Source of the DNA: Octopus bimaculoides
Taxonomy: Eukaryota
Assembly: GCF_001194135.2 (NCBI RefSeq)
Contig: NC_068981.1
Span: 145,280,669 to 145,326,811, forward strand
Direction: 5' to 3'
Length of the DNA stretch: 46,143 bases
The translations under genes and the position numbers were made by a program. The notes under the pieces are model-generated. The model had not been told where the DNA came from. It saw only the letters and a list, made by a program, of their open reading frames with translations, and made no database searches. Of this stretch, positions 13,830 to 26,298 are shown piece after piece. Numbering within the stretch: the first letter of the stretch is position 1; every line of letters starts with the position of its first letter.

Positions 13830-14036
13830 CAAAACCATGGTAAATTAATCAAATTCTACCACCTCCTAGATTTCGATTATCTCCCCTATACCGGAAGAAA
13901 TCCCTAATTACCTCCCCCTATCTAGAACTCTCCTTCCTCAGACTGGAACGAACACGACACAATGAAGTAGAGAAATTTGAAAAGACAACACGAAACAGGT
14001 TATTTCTCAAAATACAATGTTTATATACCAAAAAGA

Positions 14037-14080
14037 TTTTCTAACATTTTTCTAACATTTTTCTTACATTTTTCTGACAT
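14037..14080. repeat. 11-bp tandem repeat (tttttctaaca-like, 4 copies)
   Basis: ttttctaacat ttttctaacat ttttcttacat ttttctgacat. Confidence 0.9.
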
Positions 14081-14235
14081 AATTTAAATNNNNNNNNNNN
14101 NNNNNNNNNNNNNNNNNNNNNNNNNNNNNNNNNNNNNNATATATATATATATATAGTATGTATTCCTTTAGTTCTTTCCTTTTTTCAGTCGACTGCGGCC
14201 ATACTGGGACGTATATTCATGTATGTATGTATGGT

Positions 14236-14568
14236 GAAGGCGCATGGCTCAGTGATTAGAGCGTCGAACTTACGATCGTGAGGTTGTGAGTTCGAATCCC
14301 GGACCGGGCTGCGTGTTGTGTTCTTGAGTAAGACACTTTATTTAACTTTGCTCCAGTTCACTCAGCTGTAGAAATGAGTTGCGACGTCACAGGTGCCAAG
14401 CTGTATCGGCTTTTACCTTTCCCTTGGATAACACTGGTGGCGTGGAGAGAGGAAGCCAGTATGCATGGGCGACTGCTGGTCTTCCATAAACAACCTTGCC
14501 CGGACTTGTGTCTGGGAAGGTAACTTTCTAGGTGCAATCCCATGGTCATTCATGACCGAAGGGGGTTT
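14236..14568 (+). mobile_element. tRNA-derived SINE family 3, full length
   Basis: Clear A box (tggctcagtgattag) and B box (gagttcgaatccc), the same body as 13473 (gttgctccagttcactcagctg), and a distinct GC-rich tail ending catgaccgaagggggt. Confidence 0.88.
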
Positions 14569-15019
14569 CAGCAGCATGTATGTATACAGGTAGGTAGGTA
14601 TGGGATACAGTACATTCAATTGAAACATAGGCCTTTGAAATACAGGTACAACTCATTTTTGCCAGCTGTGTGGAAACTCATTCGTTTACTGAAAAAACAT
14701 ATTCATCGAAATATATCCGTAGAAATAACCGTCCCAAGAAGAAAATAATCGAAACTTAATGCTGGTTATTTCTGTTTTTAAGAGAAAGGATAAATATTGA
14801 ATGAAATGTATGTTCAATTTTATCTTCACTCGAAAAGATGTGAATATGAAGAAATCTAGTCAATATAATTCATTGAAATTGAATCTCGACTAAATTTTTT
14901 AAACAACTTATTGAAATTTTAAAATGAGAAGGACAAAATATATTTTAAATGAAATTCACTTTTTACTTCTTTTATGTATACATGTTTGCTATAGCATCCA
15001 ACACTGCAATGTTGGTCAT

Positions 15020-15222
15020 AATAATAAATATTGGCACACTTTAAGGGGAGGGGTAAGTCGATTATATTGCCCCAGTATTTGATTGGTATTTTACTTTAAA
15101 GACTCCAAAAGTATGAAAGGCAAATTTGAACTCAGTGAGATTTGAGCTCAGAACGTAGAGGTTTGGAAGAAATGCAGCTAAGTATTTTTTTATGAGACAC
15201 TAACGACCCGAAAACTCTCCAC
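15020..15222 (-). mobile_element. SINE family 2, degenerate
   Basis: ggggaggggtaagtcgatta...gatttgagctcagaacgtagagg is the reverse complement of family 2. Confidence 0.75.
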
Positions 15223-15410
15223 TAGGGTGGAGTGAAGACAAAAAATTGTGGAAATTGAAAATGCCTGAGAACTAAATGCTGCTATATCTAATTACTCAAA
15301 AAAAATACTAAATTTTCGCTGAGATCAATTAAGAGCATTTACTCCCTCAAGCCCCCTAAACTCCGAAAATGGGGGATTTTGTAAATTTTTTTACAACAGC
15401 GGAGTTTGGG

Positions 15411-15444
<34 letters not shown>

Positions 15445-15449
<5 letters not shown>

Positions 15450-15532
15450 CACGACGGGATTCTTTCAGTTTCCGTCTACCAAATCTAATCACAAGGCTTT
15501 GGTCGGCCCCAGGCAATAGTAGAAGACACTTT
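15445..15532 (-). mobile_element. SINE family 1 fragment (CORE-like body)
   Basis: cgacgggattctttcagtttccgtctaccaaatc...agtagaagacactt is the reverse complement of about 90-175. Confidence 0.85.
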
Positions 15533-16649
15533 TTTCAGTATTCCATATAGGTGCTCACTCTTTTCACCTAGAAGCGATATCAGTCGGAACCGTTAACTTG
15601 ATGATGACCTTCACACTCAAGTTAGGGATAAAATAAAAGCTATGTTTTCAAAATTGTCGAACACTTAAGAGGGCTTTAGGAAATGGAGCCTTGCTGGTTG
15701 CTTAGAGAGGTAACCAAGATATGCCTGTGCTGATGAAAATATATATTATTGAAATATCGTACACCTAACGAACTCCGAGATTTCCAAGTCATTATCTAGA
15801 TTGCAGTGTAAACTAAAGATCTAAGCAAACTTAAAGCCAAAACCTTTCAGGTCAAACACAGCACATACATGCTTGACCTAACTACGTCACAACCAGGGAG
15901 TAGCATGATTAAAGGGACACTTTCCAAAGCGACAGACTTGTCCGTTCCGCATCCTAGTCCAATAGCAAGAAGCCCTCGACATTTGAAGGAGGGGTCAATT
16001 AATGTGAAATACTTATAAAGAATCCTCAGCCCTCCTGAGAGTTTTTGGATTGAGTCACAGAGGACTTTTACTGCCCCTATGGCCGGCTTTGATCCTAGTC
16101 TTATACGTCATTGCCGAACACTCCTCACATTGAGCAAGATATTCATGTAGGTTTACCGGTTTGGTTACTAAGATCTGACCCTGACACAGATAGTGTTAGT
16201 TTACATGGTACAAGCAGTATTTATATGTCTGTCTTGATATAGATACATATATATATGAGTCACTTATGTAACTTTATATTTGATCAAAGAATTAATATAC
16301 ACTCTTACGTAGTTATGTATGTTCATGTGCATGTATGTATGTATGAATAGCCAATCAAAATAATGGAACTCCTGCAAAATTATTGATTTTTTTTTCCAAA
16401 ACGTTCATATTTGCCGAAATAGCACTATTCATTCCATTCAGGATTTTTTTTAATTTTTAAAATGACAATTTATGTTTATTCATTTTCTAAAATTTATTAG
16501 TAAATGTTTGTGATTTGGTAAAAGTTTAGTTTTTAATTCTTTTCGTCACGCTATTGAATGATGGAGTTTCTAATTGGAATCATTCTTTTTCTCTCCGCTA
16601 CAGTTAAAGACAGTTAAAGATTTCTTTCTTTCTTTTATTATATCTTCTG

Positions 16650-17075
16650 GTCACTCGTTAATTTAGTGAGGTATCATAAATTTTTAATATCTTTCACGTC
16701 TGGAGACTTTCTCGTCTAAAATAATGTCTGAATTTCGTGATCTTGGAGAAACGAATAGACTAATTTGATAGAATGAGAAGCATTATCATGTTGGTTCATT
16801 TTATCAGTCTCAACTGTTGTAAAACGGGAAGAAAACGTTTTTTTTTTGTTTTTTTTCTTCTCTTGTAAAATCTCTATCTTGTAACATTGTAGATAATAAG
16901 TCTATTTTTTCCGGGTGAAATACGCCAGAAGATTACATCGACGTAGCCATATCTTCTTTTCGACTGTTGGCAGTATTGCCATTTTTTTAATGTCATTTTC
17001 TCAAATATCTATAGTGACTCTTTTGGAGTGACTCTTTCGTCCAAGCTAATATTTTCAAAAACATTGCGGTCTTTT
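16650..17075 (-). mobile_element. Degenerate Tc1-like transposase relic
   Basis: Minus-strand conceptual translation, with stops and frameshifts, gives SLDER...RRYGYVDVIFWRIS...QHDNASHSIKLVYSFLQDHEIQTL...KSPDVKDIKNYD. This parallels Tc1 FSDE, VMVWG, QHDNA and SPDLNPIEN motifs in the correct order. Confidence 0.6.
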
Positions 17076-17180
17076 TTTTTTTTTCTACTGGTCAAACAAT
17101 TGCTTTCTGTCGGCAGAAAATGTTTTTAGAACTGTTACTTTTGAATAAATACAATTCTTGCTTCAATATTCTTCAAGTAG

Positions 17181-17410
17181 TAAGGCGGCGAGCCGGCAGA
17201 ATTGTTAGCACGCTGCGCGAAGTGCTTAACGATATCTCGTCTGTCTTTACGTTCTGAGTTCAAATTCCGCCGAGGTCGACTTTGCCTTTGCCTTTGCCTT
17301 TCATCTTTTCGATGTCGATAAATTAAGTACCAGTTGCATACTGCAATCTAATCGACTGGCCCCCTCCCCAAGAATTTCGGGCCTTATGCCTAGAGCAGAA
17401 AAGAATATTC
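17181..17410 (+). mobile_element. SINE family 2 (tail A), full length, with TSD
   Basis: taaggcggcgagccggcagaattgttagc...gttctgagttcaaattccgccgaggtcgac, flanked by aatattcttc(a/c)agtag at 17165-17180 and 17404-17419. Confidence 0.92.
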
Positions 17411-17424
17411 TTCCAGTAGTATAT

Positions 17425-17639
17425 ATTGGTTTCAAATTTTGGCACATGGCCAGCAATTTTGGGAGGGGACAAGTTGATTACAACGACCTCAGTACTCAAC
17501 TGGTACTTATTTTATCGACTTCCAAAGAATGAAAATCTAAGTCGACCTCGGCGGAATTTGAACTCAGAACGTAAAGACAAACGAAATGCCGCTAAGCATT
17601 TTGCCAGTATGCTAACGATTCTGCCAGCTAGCCGCCTTA
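17425..17639 (-). mobile_element. SINE family 2 (tail B), full length
   Basis: Reverse complement begins taaggcggctagctggcagaatcgttagc; tail B is cccctcccaaaattgctggccatgtgccaaaatttgaaaccaat. Confidence 0.92.
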
Positions 17640-17924
17640 GCATGTATATAACGATATATCACTTCCATCGATGAGGGTGTGGTAGTCTGTTTCGTATTAT
17701 AAGAGACTAGCTTTAAAACAATGGATTGGCAGAATCATTAAAATGTCTGACAAATAACCAAGCAGTATATATATTTAGGTGGGTGGGGTGCTCTTTATGT
17801 TCTGAGTTCAGATCACACACGTTTAACTTTTTTCTTTTACCAGTCAAGTACTGGCCTCGCTCGATGTTTTCCACTAATATCTCTCCTTCAGAATTAATGG
17901 TCTTCTGTTTACATTAGAAACATT

Positions 17925-18056
17925 CAAGGGTGGTAGGTTGCAGAATTGTCAGAGCGTCGGACAAGAGGCCTCGTATTATTTCTTCCGGATCTCTGCATTC
18001 TGAATTCAAATACGTCGATTTCACCTTTCTTCCTTTCAGAGTCGATAAAATAAAGT
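17925..18056 (+). mobile_element. SINE family 2, old degenerate copy
   Basis: gggtggtaggttgcagaattgtcag...ttctgaattcaaat...cctttcagagtcgataaaataaag. Confidence 0.65.
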
Positions 18057-18280
18057 TCTATTCACATAGTGGTATCTCTCCTCATAATTTGACCTTGTTC
18101 CTAAGTAGCAATTATTAGAAGTTATTCTGCGTGTTGTTCTGTTGGTACTTTTGAATTTGTGATCTCCATCGTGAAATAAATCGAGCTTTTATTGGTTCCC
18201 TAACGCTAAAAATTGATATACTTTACGATATAATAGCCAACAGAAGGTTCTACAGAAGTCTTAAAAACAAAGAAAATAAA

Positions 18281-18471
18281 TATTGGTTTCAAATTTTGGC
18301 AAAAGGCCAGCAATTTAGGGGGACGTGGTAAGTCGATTACATTGGCCCCAGTGTTCAACTGGTACTTATCATATCGACCCCGAATGGATGAAAGGCAAAG
18401 TTGGCCTCGGTGGAATTTGAACTCAAAACATAAAGACGGACGTAATGCCGCCAGGCATTTTGCCCGGCGTA
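18281..18471 (-). mobile_element. SINE family 2 (tail B), head truncated
   Basis: tattggtttcaaattttggc...ggaatttgaactcaaaacataaagacgg. Confidence 0.88.
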
Positions 18472-19023
18472 AAAAGGAAATAGATATTGCACTTTTGAAA
18501 ATTCACATGATGATCATGATTGCAAAAGTAGGGAAAAGCGCCGGATATTAGCGAACATTAGCCTTGTAGGCTAATGTTTTACTCTCCTCAACGTTCTGAG
18601 TACAATTTTTGTTAATATCAGATATGTCTGTAATGTTTTCAGAGTAGTTTAAGAATTTCCAGCCAAATACTAGAGTCGATATATTTGACTTTACTCTCAA
18701 TCAAACTGCCGGCGGTTTATACTTACGATAAAAATCATTCTAGGATATCAGAGTCTTTCGTTGTACATCTACGATCCAGGTACTAATAGTCTATTGTGTG
18801 ATTGTTGGCAATTATTAGCCAATTTAATTTTGATCCTTCGCTTTTCTTTATTCATTTTCCTTTGTATTCAAATCATTCTATTCTTACTTACACACTGAAC
18901 TTTTGCAACGTTGTTTCTTTAAATGTGTTATTGCAAGAAATCAATACAAAAAAATCGATATCACATACGTAAATGTATATTTGCTTATATGTGTGTATGT
19001 GTGCGTGTACATATATACAGATG

Positions 19024-19061
<38 letters not shown>

Positions 19062-19201
19062 ATAAGAGGACGAAATAGTCGCTGTCGAAGTGACCATTTG
19101 TTTGCTTGATCGGTCAACAGAACAACTAAAATACTTCCTCATAAGCAAGCTAATCACTATACATGAATGACAATGATTTGTTTTTAAGCAGTGGTTGTTC
19201 A

Positions 19202-19241
<40 letters not shown>

Positions 19242-19415
19242 NNNNNNNNNNNNNNNNNNNNNNNNNNNNNNNNNNNNNNNNNNNNNNNNNNNNNNNNNNN
19301 NNNNNNNNNNNNNNNNNNNNNNNNNNNNNNNNNNNNNNNNNNNNNNNNNNNNNNNNNNNNNNNNNNNNNNNNNNNNNNNNNNNNNNNNNNNNNNNNNNNN
19401 NNNNNNNNNNNNACA

Positions 19416-19481
<66 letters not shown>

Positions 19482-20216
19482 TATATAATCATTCTCACCA
19501 ATGTTCTAGTGATAATAGCGTATACGTTTGTAATAATAGCTTATACAACTGGAAATGGATAAATCCTTCACAAAGTGGTTATTATCTGACACTAGTGCAA
19601 ATGTGAATGACTACGTTGTAAATATGGGATGAAAATCGTCGAGAGCATCTATTACTGAATAATAAAAGATCTAGCAATATTTTTGCGTTTAAATAGCTAA
19701 CACTTAGCTTGCAGATTTCATCTGTCACCTGGTTAAACACCACCACTTGATCTTTGTATGCTTTTTAGCAAAATACCTTTCCCATATTAGCATTTGGAAC
19801 CTGGTCTCGCCTCCAATGTAAACGTAATTTCCCCATTTCCTTCCATAAGTCACAGAGGCTCTGAAATTAGTTGTGAGTGACGCCTTTTCTCGTCTGACTA
19901 AACAAAAAATAGTATCAATATGAGTCTGCGACAGTTTTAAATTCAGCATGCATTCTCAAATCTAATCTCTTGTATATGAGTGAAAAGGAATTTTTTTGCC
20001 ATATATTGTATCAAAATATAATTCGTAACTTTTCATGAAATATCAGTCTTCAATGTTAAATGTCTTAAATAAAGTGTTGTTAAAACTTTAGAGAGAAAAA
20101 ATCTTTTTATAATATTTACATCTACACTACATTTTGGTCAGTTTGATATCCCATCGTCAAGTCTATTATTTCCGGTTTTTTTTACTGAGAAATAAATTAT
20201 AAATAACCTCAAACTG

Positions 20217-20596
20217 TGGAGGCGCAATGGCCCAGTAGTTAGGGCAGCGGACTCGCGGTCATAGGATCGCAGTTTCGATTCCCAGACCGGGCGTTGTGAG
20301 TGTTTGTTGAGCGAAAACACCTAAAGCACCACGAGGCTCCGGCAGGGGATGGTGGCGAACCCTGCTGTGCTCTTTCACCACAATTTTCTCTCACTCTTAC
20401 TTCCTGTTTCTGTTGTGTCTGTAATTCAAAGGGTCAGCCTTGTCACACTGTGTCACGCTGAATATCCCCGAGAACTACGTTAAGGGTACACGTATCTGTG
20501 GAGTGCTCAGCCACTTGCACGTTAATTTCACGAGTAGGCTGTTCCGTTGATCAGATCAACTGGAACCCTCGACGTCGTAAGCGACGGAGTGCCAAC
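20217..20596 (+). mobile_element. tRNA-derived SINE with tail type T and a different body, with a perfect 12-bp TSD
   Basis: A box tggcccagtagttagg, B box gtttcgattccc, tail shared with 13473. Flanked by aacctcaaactg at 20205-20216 and 20597-20608. Confidence 0.92.
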
Positions 20597-20894
20597 AACC
20601 TCAAACTGGTTAAATAGCTCTATACACGCTGGCGTTCTTGGAGTTAGGAACGTTAGTATCGAAATAGGGCTTACGATCGTGAATGCAGTTAATTCTTATC
20701 ATGTACAAATTCTGGGGCAACATACCTGATGACGATATGAGATCAAAACGTAACGTAGACGTAACTATTATACAAAAACATTTTCAACACTAGTGATTAA
20801 TTTTATTCTCTGAAAAATGAAAACGTTGATGTCTTATTTAATTCTGATTTGTATTATATTTGGAATTCCGTTGTCTTCTGTTATTTTTCGAAAG

Positions 20895-21013
20895 ATTATG
20901 CAACACGTTGGTGTACAGAAAACGGCACATGGTTTCACCCAGTATATATGAAACGTTCATGGACCAATTATTCTCTTTGTTCGACAATAACAAATCCCAT
21001 TGAATTAATAGAG
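20895..21013 (+). CDS. Class B1 GPCR (PTH-receptor-like) coding exon: C-terminal part of the hormone-binding ectodomain
   Basis: Acceptor ttatttttcgaaag and donor GAG|gtaagt. After a split codon it reads YATRWCTENGTWFHPVYMKRSWTNYSLCSTITNPIELIE, matching the class B R-x-C-x-x-x-G-x-W...W-x-N-Y-S-x-C motif with two N-glycosylation sequons. 119 nt, phase 1 in, phase 0 out. Confidence 0.92.
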
Positions 21014-21120
21014 GTAAGTAAAGGATACATTCAATATAGATTGTATACTGTGATAGAATCTTTCATTTCTATTCTTCCCCAAAACTTATCTTGTGCAATG
21101 AATAAATCAACATTTCTTCC

Positions 21121-21290
21121 GAGGGCTGCGAGCTGGCAGATTCGTTACACGCCGGACAAAATGCTTAGCAACATTTCGTCCGTCTTTACGTTCTGAGTTC
21201 AAATTTCACCAAAGTCGATAAAATTAGAACCAGTTGAGCACTAGAGTCGATATAAATTTCAGGCCTTGTACCTATAGTAGACAGGATTAT
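21121..21290 (+). mobile_element. SINE family 2 (internally deleted) with (ATT)n/(ATC)n tail
   Basis: gcgagctggcagattcgtta...gttctgagttcaaatttc...aggccttgtacctatagtag. Confidence 0.85.
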
Positions 21291-21353
21291 TATTATTATT
21301 ATTATCATCATCATCATCATCATCATTATTATTATTATTATTATTGGTTGTAG

Positions 21354-21595
21354 TAAGGTGGCCAGCAGGTAGAATCGTTAGCACACCGGGCAAAATGCTT
21401 TGCAGTATTTTATCCGTCATTACATTCCGAGTTCAATCTCCGCCGAGATCAACTTTGCTTTTCATCCTTTCGGGGTCGATAATTTAAGTACCAGTGAAAC
21501 TCTGGGGTCGATATAATCGACTATTCCCCCCCCCTCCCCAACAAATTTGAGGCCTTGTGCCTCCAGTGGAAAGGATTATTATTATCATTATTATT
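21354..21595 (+). mobile_element. SINE family 2 (tail A) with (ATT)n tail
   Basis: taaggtggccagcaggtagaatcgttagc...gcttttcatcctttcggggtcgataatttaagtaccag...gaggccttgtgcctccagtgg. Confidence 0.88.
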
Positions 21596-22599
21596 AGAAC
21601 CATTCAACCAATTAACTAATCGATTAACACCTCCTTCCTCAAGATACAAAATCTGCCTCAACACACGAGTTCATATCAAGAATCTTGCAAACCAAATACA
21701 AAAATGAAATGTCCTCATTATTGGTTATGTTTAAAGACCAGTTTGAACGTACACATCCTATCTATTTGTCTTCTCTTCGAATACAAATATAAGGCAAATT
21801 CAACTATTTTTACATGTGGCCGTTTACGACTAATGATTCAATGCAACTCACACGTTTCATATTCTATTTCTTTCGGTTGTGTGTGAAATAAACAGACAAG
21901 ATAACAAGGGGTAAATAAATTACTTGTCAGTAAAAATCAATAGAAAATGATTCTGTTTTGTAAATACTAATTTTCGAATGTGTTACAATTTTTTTTTTTT
22001 TTTTTTTTTTTTGCAGAATAATTAGTATCTTAACGTGTTATTGTTATCTCTTATACAAATACTGAACGGTAGAAATTATTGGTATAATTGCGGGCTATTG
22101 TTATACAAAATGATACCACTCAAGAAAGTTTTGAAATTTCCATAAATATTAATATCTATAATACAAACATAGAACTGCTATTGTTCCTGTTTCTGCCTTC
22201 CACAACCATATTCTATATATGGTGTCCCGAGAACATTGAAAGCTGCTAATTTACGAATCGACAAATGTCCAATACGCTCTTAAATAGTTGCCTAGATGCT
22301 GACGTTTACAGTTATTTAACAGGTAGCCATCTATGTGGTCACTCAATCTGCAAAAGGTAGCTGCCGACTCTATTACAAATCCTACTCTGCTGTCTTCTTG
22401 TAACATCAAGAACGAAAGGATAACGTTGATGATGTTGTGTGAGATAAACCATGTCTGAAAAAATGTAGATGATCATCGCTAAAATGCCTATGAATACAAG
22501 CGGAACTCAACAAACCGATTTTGCACCGGCAAGTGTATGTGCGCACGCGCGGCGGGTTTCTGCACTGTTTTCCTTTATTAAATTCTACTTACAAGATAT

Positions 22600-22808
22600 T
22601 CTTTTCTACTCAAGGCACAAAATTTTGGGGGAAGGGGGTCAGTCGATTAGATCGATCCCCAGTATGCAACTGGTACTTAATTTATCAACCACGAAAGGAT
22701 AAAAGGCAGAGTCGACCTCGGCGGAATTTGAACTCAGAACATAAAGACAGACGAAATACTGCTAAGCATTTCGCCCGGCATGCTAACGTTTCTGCCAGCT
22801 CGCCGCCT
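22600..22808 (-). mobile_element. SINE family 2 (tail A), full length, with TSD
   Basis: Reverse complement of family 2, flanked by ttctactta(c/g)aagatat at 22583-22599 and 22809-22825. Confidence 0.92.
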
Positions 22809-24609
22809 TTCTACTTAGAAGATATAAGTCAACCTAATGATACAGTAAAAATGTATTTGCACAACAGGATCGATGGCTAGCCCATTCAGTTGCAAAACGA
22901 AATTCCTAACCAAACGGCTGTGTGTGTGTGTGTATGTGCCAGTGATGGCCTGAGCTTAAGAAATAACAACGTACTATAAGGAGTTAACTTAAAGTAAAAG
23001 AATGGCTTCAGCACCGTATGTAATAGTAGCAGTATCAGTACCTACTTCGATAAAATTCACAAGTTTCTTGTTGACTAGAAGTTTTGTGCTCGGATTCTCC
23101 TGTTGTCCACAATGATGAACAGAATCGTTAACATGCGTGTGCTTTCAACTTGACTCTAATGTTGTTTATTGACAATTCGTCCCAACGAGGAAGCCTCTTT
23201 ATGATCACTTGATCTGCAGTAAATACTAACTAAAAATTACCTGTTTGCAATCTACCTACTTAAACATGGAAAGATCACATTGGTTAGTGTAGACTTGACC
23301 ATAATAAGGCGGCATGAACAGCTACAAATGCTTTTGCTCGGTCAGGTTTGGCCTGGGGGAGTGTGCTCAACAAAAACAATAAGCAACAGCAGAAAATGAA
23401 TGTATTAAGGTTGATTAATCTTATAAATTTGAGTGATGTTTGTCTGCCATTACGTGTTTTGGCGAACACGCCAACTCCTCCGTGACCGTTAGTGCAAGGA
23501 CAACGAAACTCAAACCAGCAACTCCCCTAATCCCAGGGAATTTCCTAAGGGCGTCGATTTTTTTAAGGGCCGCCTAATTGGTGCCCCACTGATTCCCCCC
23601 CCCCGCTCATTTTTTCTGATGTTTACTTACACACATTCATCTTGAATATCAACCATATTGATATCATCAACAATGACTTAATGTTAAACAAGAAGTATAT
23701 TGTTGTTAATTCTATTATTGATATTAGATAAATACCGTACTGCTGCTAAATTTTTAATCCATGTTTGCTATAGATAACCAGTCTAATAGTGATAAGCAAA
23801 CAGCTTTTATGTCAGTACAGGTGTTACGTTGTGAACCAGTTTTGAGTCATGTGTGCAGCTAATTTAATTTTACCTTATCTTGCTTACTCCCTGTGAAAAC
23901 ATTAATATCGCAACTCCAGCTTCATCGTCCACTGAAGTCAAAAGCACATCCAATTGATACATATCTTTAATTAGAAAAATACAAACTAATTTACAATCCG
24001 TTCCACTATTATATTTATGGAGATTGTAATAAGTTTAATTGCTTTGGGAATAAAGACGGTGTCTAAAGTCAGCAAACTAGTGTTTGATAATGTGTATCAA
24101 AGAATCAGATCTGGAAAAACGAATTCGAGACTTTTTCGGGAAGGCTCTTTCGTCGGGCAAGAAAAAGATACTTTGGATTAAAGCTAATTGTTGTTAACTC
24201 AATATTTGCTATTGTTGACGCAGTATAAAAATATTATAAGAATATTAATGAATATTATCAGCCTTTTGTCTTTGTATAAACAAGGTTTTATTATATTGGT
24301 TAGAGCGTGAAATTCCTGGAATATCCTTCGTATTCATATTTCTTTTTACAAACGTTGACGTTTTTTTTTTTTTTTTCAAGCTGAACACCAACCGTACTTC
24401 CATTTATAATTCCAAAGTATTTCTTGAACAACTGGTTCTCAACTTAGCTGAGTAACTCTAATTACTGTAACGTTATATGAATGAAAGCGAAACTGGTTTT
24501 TAATCTACGCATATCTGAACCACGTTAAGAATCCTACTATGTCAAAAAATATCTCTGGGATTAATGAGATTCCTATTCTTTAAAAATTGGATGGCTATAC
24601 AAAAATTCA

Positions 24610-24790
24610 ATTGTTTCAAATTATGGTACAAGATCAATCATTTCAGGAGAGAGAAATAGACGATTACATCAACGTCAGTACTTGATTTGTATGTATACTT
24701 TATTTTATCGCCCCCGAAGGGAGAAAATGTAAAGTAAACTTCGGTGGGATTCGAACTCAGAGCGTAAAGAGGCGAAGGAAATGCTGTATG
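24610..24790 (-). mobile_element. SINE family 2 (tail B), degenerate
   Basis: ttgtttcaaattatggtacaag...cggtgggattcgaactcagagcgtaaagagg. Confidence 0.75.
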
Positions 24791-25420
24791 TAGAGTAATC
24801 CTTTAACATTCACATTACTCCCAGCAATGTAATGCTTATTTATTTACATTGGTTTCAATCAATCGTGCATTATATTGTGATTTCGAGATTTCGATAACGT
24901 GATTGTGTATTTTAAAGTGACATTGTAGTGTGGGTGTGAAAGGTCAGATTTGGCCGGTTTGAACATTATACATGTAGAATATTTAAGCCTGATATGATCG
25001 GTTTCAATTTTAAAGGGTTAATTTAATAAAATATACATATGAATATGGCAGAACATCAAGGCATACTTCACAGAACTTTTACATATTGAAAAATAAAGCT
25101 TTAATTTTGTTGCCTTTTTAACCTTTGAATTGTGCTTTAATATCAATTACATTAATCTAGTAATACAGGGTTACAATAACTCTTACATAGTCTGTACCTA
25201 GATTTAAAATTAACTCCTGCAATTAAAGTTATTTTTCTTTACATAGCCAACAACGTGTTCAATCTAGAATTTTCAAAATCACAAATAATTAAATATGCTG
25301 CCCGACCTACTGTATATAAATAACGCACGCAAATAGTGCAGAAAGTTAGTCGCTAAGGTTTAAACAGAAATAGCAACAGTCAAGAATAAGATTGAGAAAT
25401 AAGAAAGTGAAAAATAAACA

Positions 25421-25464
<44 letters not shown>

Positions 25465-26298
25465 TATATTTCGACAGAGGCTACCATAAACAGCAAAAAG
25501 ATATCTTTTGAGACACTAATAAATTATTATCAGTCTTACTGGTGTTAGAGGAAGTGCTAATGTTGATAGCGGTTGTAGTAGTGGCAATGTAGGTAATGGA
25601 GGTAATAGAAATACTGGAAATTGATTTGTATTTCCTTCAGAAATGAAAAAATAAAAATGTGCTCTGAGTGAACGTGTTTTCTCAAGTGTATGTGAAGTAT
25701 TCCTTGCTTTCAGTTGCAGAAAGTCCCTTGGTAAAGACAGAAATACATAGGAAATAATTAAATGTACTAAGGAAATTAATGTATTATGTATGTATGTATA
25801 TACAGTGAAACAAAAGTGTGTACATATAGCTATTTACATATATATCAATCTACCTTACTCTTTGAAATGTGGACATTAATAGCCGTGTTTTTTTACTTAA
25901 TTTTTATAGTAGAATGTATATTTTTAGCAATTTTTTTTAGTTTTTGTTTGAGAATATGGGACAAATGATCACGAGTTTATTGGACAGGAGTTTCTTTGTG
26001 TGTGTGTGTGTGTGTGTGTGTGTTTTAAAAAAATCGTGCTGATGCTCTATAAAATATATCACGGCATTATTGATATCGAAGATTTTATTACTACTCTTTA
26101 TATGACAAAATTCTATTTTTAAATGACGAAGAATATAGCTGACTGTGTGGTCAAAAGTTTGCAAAGTATCTCTCTCTCTCTCTCTCTTTCTCTCTCCTTT
26201 CTGTTTCATTTCTTTAAGAAAGAATTATTTGAAAAGCGTTCAGGAACATATCTCTAAGTCTTTGTCCTGGAATTTTCAACACGTCAATCAATCAAAAT

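Noticed and set aside
14236-14310. tRNA genes at SINE heads (also 13473, 20217, 24740)
   Set aside because: A and B boxes are present, but there is no acceptor stem or complete cloverleaf and they continue into SINE bodies.
20849-21196. The 115-aa ORF as a complete protein
   Set aside because: Only 20895-21013 is receptor-like; the rest is intron and SINE read-through past a strong gtaagt donor.
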